From: an uncultured Verrucomicrobiae bacterium
Lineage (GTDB): Bacteria; Verrucomicrobiota; Verrucomicrobiia; Limisphaerales; Palsa-1400
DNA length: 64,000 nt
NCBI GenBank assembly: GCA_963702845.1
Contig: OY969763.1
Span: forward strand, 4,448,001 to 4,512,000
Reading direction: 5' to 3'
The position numbers and the translations under genes were made by a program. Shown here one piece after another: positions 57,700 through 64,000 of the stretch (the stretch's first letter is position 1; each line of letters opens with the position of its first letter). The notes below the pieces were generated by a model, which made no database searches, was not told the DNA's origin, and saw only the letters and a program-made list of their open reading frames with translations.

Positions 57700-58596
57700 T
57701 TACAAAACCAAATCAACCGCGGCGGCGTTGTCTTTGACGTGACTCGGATTCTTACAACCTGGAATCACTGCGGACACCGTCTGATTCTTTAGGCACCAAG
57801 CCAGTGCCCATTGACTCAATTTCACGCCTTCAGGAACCTCCGTGCGGCAGATTTCTGCAACCTCGCGCGTTTCGGTGGTCATTCGCTGTTTATCAAATTT
57901 GGCGACGCGCCAATCTTTTCCAGAAAAGACAGAGTCAGCAGTATACTTCCCGCTCAGCAATCCATGGGCTAAAGGCACGCGCGCTAACACCCCGATCTGC
58001 TCGCGTTCGGCATGCGGGAAATACAACTGTTCAGAGCGACGATCCAGTCGGTTATAGACAACTTGAAACACATCAATGCCCAACCGTCGCGCCTCACGCG
58101 CCTGGGCAACGAGTTCACCCTTTGACGAGATGGAAAGACCAAGACATTTAATTTTTCCGGCAACCTTCTGCTGCCCGAGCATCTCCCAAAGTGGTTCGTT
58201 AAAATATTCTGCGTCAGATCCAGAATGAAACTGATAGACATCGACGTAGTCCGTCTTCAGCGCACGAAGCGACGCCTCAAGCTGCTGACGAACCGCCGGG
58301 GCAGAGAATGCATCAAACTTTTTGGTGTGGTCATAACAATGACCGAACTTCGTCGCCACGATCCAATCCGATCTTTTCCGCCTCGAAAGATAATCACCAA
58401 TAAACCTCTCCGAAAGATGATCACCGTAACACTCCGCCGTATCGATCAAATTGATGCCACACTCATTCGCCTGGTCCAGAATCGCATCGACCTCCGCTTG
58501 CGTAAAATCATGCCCCCAATCGCCACCGAACTGCCACGTCCCCACCCCAACCGCCGACACCGATAAACCCGTTTTACCTAATGGCCGGTATTTCAT
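57700..58596 (-). CDS. Aldo/keto reductase
   Basis: MKYRPLGKTGLSVS.VG.GTWQ, DTAECYG, ATKFG, SLRALKTDYVD.YQFH, IPG. Confidence 0.93.
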   Translation of the reverse strand: MKYRPLGKTGLSVSAVGVGTWQFGGDWGHDFTQAEVDAILDQANECGINLIDTAECYGDHLSERFIGDYLSRRKRSDWIVATKFGHCYDHTKKFDAFSAPAVRQQLEASLRALKTDYVDVYQFHSGSDAEYFNEPLWEMLGQQKVAGKIKCLGLSISSKGELVAQAREARRLGIDVFQVVYNRLDRRSEQLYFPHAEREQIGVLARVPLAHGLLSGKYTADSVFSGKDWRVAKFDKQRMTTETREVAEICRTEVPEGVKLSQWALAWCLKNQTVSAVIPGCKNPSHVKDNAAAVDLVL

Positions 58597-59290
58597 AAAA
58601 GAGCCGATACCGTCGCCCGCGCAGCCTGTCAAGCCATTCAGGGCATGAGGCGTTAGCCGCTTTTTAACCATTCGACGTTGTAACCTTCTAACGTTTTAAC
58701 GCTGCAACTTTTCCACCCTCCCAACCTCTTTGCCGCCTCCGCATCCTTCGCACCCTTCGCAAGAAATCTTCACCCACCAAATTAACACCACCTTCGTTGC
58801 CTTAGTTTCCTTCTGTAGAATCTTTCGCCGACTTCGCGTTTTTCGCGGTTCCAATTCCTTCGCCTCCCACTTCGGGGAATCATTCCATCCCAAAGCTCGT
58901 GGATTTGAAGGGCCACTGTCATTTCCTTGTTATCCGACGCCTTTTGATCCGGAGTTACCATTGTTGCGTCCTTCGCTCCCTTCGAAGACTTCGCGCGCAA
59001 TCGGTTCAACTTGCAACCCTTGACACATGTCGCTACTTCATGTTAAACCTTGCAGCAGCCGCCGGTGCATGCCGGACGCCTGGGAAAGCGAATGTTCTTT
59101 GAAATCACAAAACTGCGCCAAAGTGGCGCTCGCTCCGTTATTGCATGACGCTTCATCGCGGCCTGTAACGGTTCATAACGCCTCATAACGCCAAAAAATT
59201 AAAATTTTTATTTTTGGTGCCAAAGGGTCAGCCCGATTACGCGGGTGCAAATCGGGGGTGCTACACGGGTGCTAAAGAATTCTGATTTTT

Positions 59291-59340
59291 CGCACCACTT
59301 AGCACTAAATCGCACCAGTTAGCACCACTTAGCAGTAGTT
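59291..59340 (+). repeat. Degenerate tandem repeat, 5 x 10 bp (consensus near AGCACCACTT)
   Basis: cgcaccactt agcactaaat cgcaccagtt agcaccactt agcagtagtt. Confidence 0.75.
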
Positions 59341-59780
59341 TTTTTTCGTCTTATTTGCGGCTCTCGGCTTTCGACCTTCGACTCTCGACCGCTCTTTTCC
59401 TGCTTGCCTTCTTGCTCCCGAGGACTAGTTTAACGCTGCCTGAATACCGCGTGTGCGGCTATTCGTACGCCCTGATTTTTTGGGGCTGAGGCTGAGAAAC
59501 AAAAGTTAACGCGCAACCTAACCTTCAACCTCTGTTGCCAGGCAACGCGGTCAGGTAAGGCAATGGAGCCCTCGAAGCTCCGCTCGGAAAGTATGAAGTC
59601 TACAAGGACTTCGAAATCTGTTCGGAACCTCCAAAAGCTCCCGCATTAAAGAGAAAGTAGTCGCAGTCACCGACTGTTGGTCGGCAATTTTCTTTCGGCG
59701 GGCAGAATGCCCCATGGGGACAGCCAATTTCGTGCTGTCCGACCAAACCGAATCAAGCCGGCAGCCGCAGTCAATTCATT

Positions 59781-61469
59781 ATGCTCACAATGGAAGAAGC
59801 CATGAAGCACAGCGCCATGCTGTTTGCTCCAGGCGAAATCGTCAAAGGTACCGTCATCGAAGTCAGACCCAAAGAAGTCCTCGTTGACATCGGATACAAA
59901 TCAGAAGGCACCGTCCCCGGGATCGAATTCGACGACATCAAAGCCGTCAAAGTCGGCGATGAAGTCGATGTCCTCATCGAAAAGCTCGAAGACAAAGACG
60001 GCATGGTCGTCCTGTCCAAGGAAAAAGCCGAGTTCAAGAAGAACTGGGATAAGATTTTAACAATTTGTAACGAAGGTGGCACCATCAACGGCCGCGTCAA
60101 AGCTGCTGTCAAAGGCGGGCTCCTCGTTAATATCGGTGTCGAAGCATTCCTCCCCGCTTCCCAAATCGACATCGTTCCGCCGAAGAACCTCGCTGGTTTC
60201 ATCGGCAACACCTACGAATTTAAGGTCGTTAAGATCAATCAAGAGCGCCAGAACATCGTTCTGTCCCGCCGCGAATTGATTGAGAACGAGCGCAATGAAA
60301 AGCGCAGCAAGTTGCTCACCGACATGACCCCTGGCGACATCCGCAAGGGCACGGTCAAGAACATCACCGATTTCGGTGCGTTCATCGACCTCAACGGTAT
60401 CGACGGTTTGCTCCATATCACCGATATGAGCTGGGGCCGCATCGGTCATCCTTCGGAAATCCTGAAGGTCGGCCAGGACATCGACGTTGTTGTTCTCGAC
60501 ATCAATCGCGAGAAGGAACGCGTCAGCCTCGGTTTGAAGCAGAAGCTCGCGAACCCTTGGGAAAACATCGAGAGCAAGTATCAGGTCGGCAACAAGGTCA
60601 AAGGCAAGGTCGTCAACCTCGTTCCTTACGGCGCATTCGTCGAACTGGAACCCGGTGTCGAAGGCCTCGTGCACGTCACCGAATTGTCCTGGACCAAGCG
60701 CATTGCCAAACCTTCCGACGTCCTCAAAGTGGACCAGGAATTGGAAGCAGTCGTGCTCGGCATCAACCGCGAAGAGCAGAAAATCTCGCTCGGCGTGCGC
60801 CAGCTCGAAACGAATCCTTGGGATAAGGCCATGGAGAAATACCCGGCCGGTACCCATGTCAAAGGCAAGATTCGCAACCTCACCAGCTACGGTGCATTCA
60901 TCGAGTTGGAAGAAGGCTTGGACGGCATGATTCACGTCTCGGACATTTCCTGGACACGCAAAATCAATCATCCGTCGGAAGTCTTCAAGAAGGGCGACGA
61001 CGTCGAAGCGATCGTGCTCGAAGTCGATAAGGCCAACCAACGCATTTCCGTTGGCGTCAAGCAGCTCAGCGAAGATCCGTGGAGCAACATTGATAAGTTT
61101 TACAAAGTCGGCGATCTCGTCAACGGCAAGGTCAGCAAGCTGGCCAGCTTCGGCGCGTTCGTTGGATTGGAACACGACATCGATGGCCTTGTGCACATCA
61201 GCCAGGTTAGCGAAGAGCGCATTGATAAGATCAAGAACGTGCTCAAAGTCGGCCAGGACGTGACCGCGCGCGTGATCAAGATTGATAAAGGCGAACGCCG
61301 TATCGGTCTGTCGATCAAGGCTGCGGAATACTCACCTGAGCAGTTGAAAGCTGAACAGGCGATCCTCGATTCGTTGAAGCCGGGCGAAGACCTTGTTGCG
61401 TTGCAACACGCCTTCGACGCCGCTGATGAATCGATCAAGAAAGACACTGAAAAAGACGACAAAGAATAG
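59781..61469 (+). CDS. rpsA: 30S ribosomal protein S1
   Basis: Six S1 repeats (VDIGYKSEG, AFLPASQ, FGAFIDL.GIDGLLHITDMSW and others). Confidence 0.97.
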   Translation: MLTMEEAMKHSAMLFAPGEIVKGTVIEVRPKEVLVDIGYKSEGTVPGIEFDDIKAVKVGDEVDVLIEKLEDKDGMVVLSKEKAEFKKNWDKILTICNEGGTINGRVKAAVKGGLLVNIGVEAFLPASQIDIVPPKNLAGFIGNTYEFKVVKINQERQNIVLSRRELIENERNEKRSKLLTDMTPGDIRKGTVKNITDFGAFIDLNGIDGLLHITDMSWGRIGHPSEILKVGQDIDVVVLDINREKERVSLGLKQKLANPWENIESKYQVGNKVKGKVVNLVPYGAFVELEPGVEGLVHVTELSWTKRIAKPSDVLKVDQELEAVVLGINREEQKISLGVRQLETNPWDKAMEKYPAGTHVKGKIRNLTSYGAFIELEEGLDGMIHVSDISWTRKINHPSEVFKKGDDVEAIVLEVDKANQRISVGVKQLSEDPWSNIDKFYKVGDLVNGKVSKLASFGAFVGLEHDIDGLVHISQVSEERIDKIKNVLKVGQDVTARVIKIDKGERRIGLSIKAAEYSPEQLKAEQAILDSLKPGEDLVALQHAFDAADESIKKDTEKDDKE

Positions 61470-61505
61470 CTTTGTCGCCGCCTGATTAAGGCGGACAAGT
61501 TTCAC

Positions 61506-61539
61506 ATCCCCCGGAGCGGAAACGTTCCGGGGGATTTTT
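61506..61539 (+). terminator. Intrinsic terminator after rpsA
   Basis: ATCCCCGGAGCG-GAAA-CGTTCCGGGGAT followed by TTTT. Confidence 0.88.
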
Positions 61540-61570
61540 GTCAGCCCGAGCAGAAGCAAGGTTACGGGAA

Positions 61571-61599
61571 TTGACGCTGTATTCGTCTGCTCGTAAACT
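61571..61599 (+). promoter_or_regulatory. Putative sigma70 promoter of the TA pair
   Basis: TTGACG-17 bp-TAAACT about 10 nt before the antitoxin ATG (near-leaderless). Confidence 0.55.
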
Positions 61600-61609
61600 G
61601 CATTCCGAA

Positions 61610-61822
61610 ATGAGCGCCGTTGAAAAACTTGAACGCGAAGTTCAGCTGTTGCCTCCGGGGCAATTCGCGGAATTTGCAGCGTGGTTCAATCGCCTGCAAA
61701 ACGAGCAGTGGGATCGAGAGATGGACGATGACGCCGCCTCAGGCAAGCTGTCTTTTCTTTTCGAAGAAGCCGAAGCTGAGAGTAAGCAAAAGCAATTGCG
61801 CGACTGGCCATCATCGAAATGA
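61610..61822 (+). CDS. Putative antitoxin
   Basis: 70-aa acidic protein, WDREMDDDAASGKL motif; ATGA-coupled to the toxin. Confidence 0.75.
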   Translation: MSAVEKLEREVQLLPPGQFAEFAAWFNRLQNEQWDREMDDDAASGKLSFLFEEAEAESKQKQLRDWPSSK

Positions 61823-62085
61823 AGTCCAAGGCAAGCCGCCGGTTTTGGAATTGTTACAACCAACTCCCATCGTCCGTTCAATCAGTGGCCCGCAAAAACT
61901 ACCAATTGTGGCTGAAGGACCACCGTCATCCATCGTTGCACTTTAAGAAACTGCACGGAAGTGATACTCGGTTTTCGGTTCGCGTCGGCGACCGTTATCG
62001 AGCTATCGGTGAAGAGAAAGCAGATTCGGTTGTTTGGGTTTGGATCGGCACACACGAAGATTACAACAAGCTGTTGAAGCGCTGA
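61819..62085 (+). CDS. RelE/ParE-like toxin
   Basis: FW.CY..LP..VQ..A.K.Y, HPSLHFKKL, SVRVG..YRA, WVWIGTHEDY. Confidence 0.85.
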   Translation: MKSKASRRFWNCYNQLPSSVQSVARKNYQLWLKDHRHPSLHFKKLHGSDTRFSVRVGDRYRAIGEEKADSVVWVWIGTHEDYNKLLKR

Positions 62086-62150
62086 TTTTTTCGTCCACCG
62101 TGAACGACGTAGAGACATTGACCTCCGGCGCTAACTGCATACCCTAAAGC

Positions 62151-63089
62151 ATGACGCCAACCAGGAGCGGGTCGGTTAAGTTCTTCAAATTGCTGGGGAT
62201 CACTGTGTTCATCCACTGGTCGTGGTTCATCATCGCGGTGTATGATCTCCAGGATAAGACGGGCAGATACACTTCGATGCAATGGAAGGTTTGGGAGTAT
62301 CTCGTTTTGTTTGGGTTGGTGACGGTTCACGAATTCGGTCACGCACTCGCATGTCGAAGCGTCGGAGGAAAAGCGGACACGATCGTGTTATGGCCGTTGG
62401 GCGGCGTGGCTTATGTCGATCCGCCGCAACGTCCGGGTGCGACGCTGTGGAGTATCGCCGCCGGGCCACTTGTGAACGTGTTGTTCTTCCCGATATTCAG
62501 CCTGATTTATCTCTGGGCTCGAAACACAGGTTTAATTGAAACCGAACCGAATGCTTACGCGTTCATCCGCGCAATCTGGTTCATCAACACCATGCTGCTC
62601 GTGTTTAACATGATGCCAATCTATCCGTTGGACGGTGGACAGATTTTGCGATCGGTGCTGTGGTTCATGATGGGTAAAGCGCGGAGTCTTTTCGTTGCCA
62701 CCATTATCGGCATGGGTGGCGTTGTTCTGCTGGTATTACTGGCGTTTGCTCTGCACTCGGTTTGGATCGGGATCATGTCCGCGTTCATTCTTATGAATTG
62801 CTGGTCGGGTTTGCGTTATGCGCGGGCGCTTTCGAAAATTGCCAAACTTCCCAAACACGCGGAGTACTCGTGCCCCTCGTGTCATACGTCACCACCGGCA
62901 GCGCCTCTCTGGGTTTGCCGGCCATGCGGCGTGGCGTTCGATACGTTTTCGACGAATGCAACGTGCCCGAAATGCGCGCAGGTATTCGCGACAGCGCGCT
63001 GTGTTGAATGTGGAGAGTCGGCGCCGATCGCTCAATGGGCGGTCCATCGCCCGAGTTCCGAAGTCATATCAGGCACGGTGGGCAGTTGA
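62151..63089 (+). CDS. Site-2 (M50) intramembrane metalloprotease with C-terminal zinc ribbons
   Basis: HEFGH, AGPLVN, FNMMPIYPLDGG; four C-terminal CxxC pairs. Confidence 0.92.
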   Translation: MTPTRSGSVKFFKLLGITVFIHWSWFIIAVYDLQDKTGRYTSMQWKVWEYLVLFGLVTVHEFGHALACRSVGGKADTIVLWPLGGVAYVDPPQRPGATLWSIAAGPLVNVLFFPIFSLIYLWARNTGLIETEPNAYAFIRAIWFINTMLLVFNMMPIYPLDGGQILRSVLWFMMGKARSLFVATIIGMGGVVLLVLLAFALHSVWIGIMSAFILMNCWSGLRYARALSKIAKLPKHAEYSCPSCHTSPPAAPLWVCRPCGVAFDTFSTNATCPKCAQVFATARCVECGESAPIAQWAVHRPSSEVISGTVGS

Positions 63090-63096
63090 GCCGATT

Positions 63097-64000
63097 CTAT
63101 CCGGAAGCGTGTGTGGAGGTTTTGTAGGCAAGGCCGATGGTGACAAACATCAGACCGATGCCGCCAATGCCCCAACCAGAGAAGAAGTAGATGACGCGCA
63201 TCCAGCCGTTCTCTTCTTCGACTTTATCCAAAGTCTTGCGTGACGTTTGAACGACGTCGGGTGGTTCGACGTATTGCGTTTCGCCGCTCGCGAGTTTTTT
63301 GTACTCAGGCAGGGTTCCATTTTTGAACGCGGCGATGTCGTCAGCAGTGACGGCTTGCGGATCGGGTTTTTGGCCGGGTTCTTCCACGCCCTCCGCGGCA
63401 AGGTAATCACGAATTTCCTTATCGCTCTCGTGAGGCATTGCTTCGAGTGCCGCCTTTGCTTCCGCCACGCGCTCGTCGAATCCCCAGCGCGCTAAAGTCT
63501 TGGGGTAATCGCGTTCACTGATTTTACCGTCAGCGAGTTCTTTGTATTGCGCGAGGTGGACGTCGCGGAATATGCGCACCTCGTGTGCTTTGATTGCGGC
63601 AGGTTTTATTTTGACGTCAGCATCTGATTCTTCTTTCGCGAGGAACGCGCGGATTTCATCGTCGGCTCCGGTCGGAACGGCTTTGACGGCGCGCTTGGCG
63701 TAATCAACTTGTTCTTTATAGAGGTTGCCGACGAATCCATCAGCAAATCCGTGAAGGCGATCTTTTCCGATGGTGTAAGCAGTGAATACAATTCCACAAA
63801 GGACGACGACACACGTGATCATGCCGAGTTGAGAACTGCCTTCGTCCTTACTCGCAATCCGCGCGCCGAATCCGCCGCCGGCGCCGGCAAGTAGAGCAAA
63901 GATGCGCCAGGATTTTCCGGTGAAATGGAAGATGAGATACCAGATGAGGCAACCAAGGGCCGTGCCGACCACAGCCCCGCCGACACCATAAAAGAATTTA
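63097..64000 (-). CDS. Hypothetical membrane protein, 3' part (starts beyond window edge)
   Basis: Open frame from the window end; several TM segments and an internally repeated soluble segment (D.EIR..LA.E...Y..LA.G). Confidence 0.7.
   Translation of the reverse strand, partial: KFFYGVGGAVVGTALGCLIWYLIFHFTGKSWRIFALLAGAGGGFGARIASKDEGSSQLGMITCVVVLCGIVFTAYTIGKDRLHGFADGFVGNLYKEQVDYAKRAVKAVPTGADDEIRAFLAKEESDADVKIKPAAIKAHEVRIFRDVHLAQYKELADGKISERDYPKTLARWGFDERVAEAKAALEAMPHESDKEIRDYLAAEGVEEPGQKPDPQAVTADDIAAFKNGTLPEYKKLASGETQYVEPPDVVQTSRKTLDKVEEENGWMRVIYFFSGWGIGGIGLMFVTIGLAYKTSTHASG

Noticed and set aside
58696..59102. Short ORFs upstream of the AKR gene
   Set aside because: Region is made of low-complexity TTCGC/CCTTCG-type intergenic motifs (a similar motif pair lies at 8695-8748); no coding signal
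59480..59780. tmRNA, SRP RNA or RNase P RNA upstream of rpsA
   Set aside because: GGGGCTGA is present but the tmRNA GGATTCGAC and tRNA-like 3' end are not; SRP and RNase P consensus motifs were not found
60057..61196. 379-aa ORF antisense to rpsA (and similar long antisense ORFs over tyrS, prs and ribF)
   Set aside because: Expected shadow frames of strongly codon-biased genes

Overview
Bacterial genomic window, most likely from Verrucomicrobiota (Pedosphaera-like soil lineage). The evidence is a PVC-type small basic protein gene, an rpsF-ssb-rplI operon lacking rpsR, PQQ-propeller and Ig/LamG secreted proteins, and characteristic intergenic repeats. About 1-39.6 kb is mostly core or housekeeping: ABC/RND exporter genes, a SAM-I riboswitch-controlled threonine-synthase-like/sulfur-carrier/NIL operon, tyrS, a moxR-DUF58-batA-batB cluster, truB-ribF, a symporter with PQQ propellers, a two-component system, and prs-rplY-pth-rpsF-ssb-rplI. 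About 39.6-59.4 kb is a mosaic accessory region. Its centrepiece is a tightly coupled six-gene operon (42961-47950) with the gene set of type IV CBASS: QueC-like Cap9, TGT-like Cap10, a CD-NTase with an N-terminal MGGS, and an HhH glycosylase Cap11. It has no transmembrane effector. Instead it ends in a SLOG-like (Cap17-N/TPALS-like) plus nucleoside-deoxyribosyltransferase/TIR-like fusion and a Cap18-like DEDDh exonuclease, a combination I do not recognise as described. Downstream lie a DUF3631 remnant, a TM-DUF4041-GIY-YIG (PD-lambda-1/SNIPE-like) nuclease broken by an exact 7-bp duplication with an unknown coupled partner gene, duplicated gene 3' ends that mark insertion events, a PncA-PncB fusion, a ComA homolog, a four-copy palindromic element and several 10-bp-period arrays. 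The window ends with rpsA, a RelE/ParE-like TA pair and an M50 protease. All family calls come from motif recognition by eye; no searches were run.
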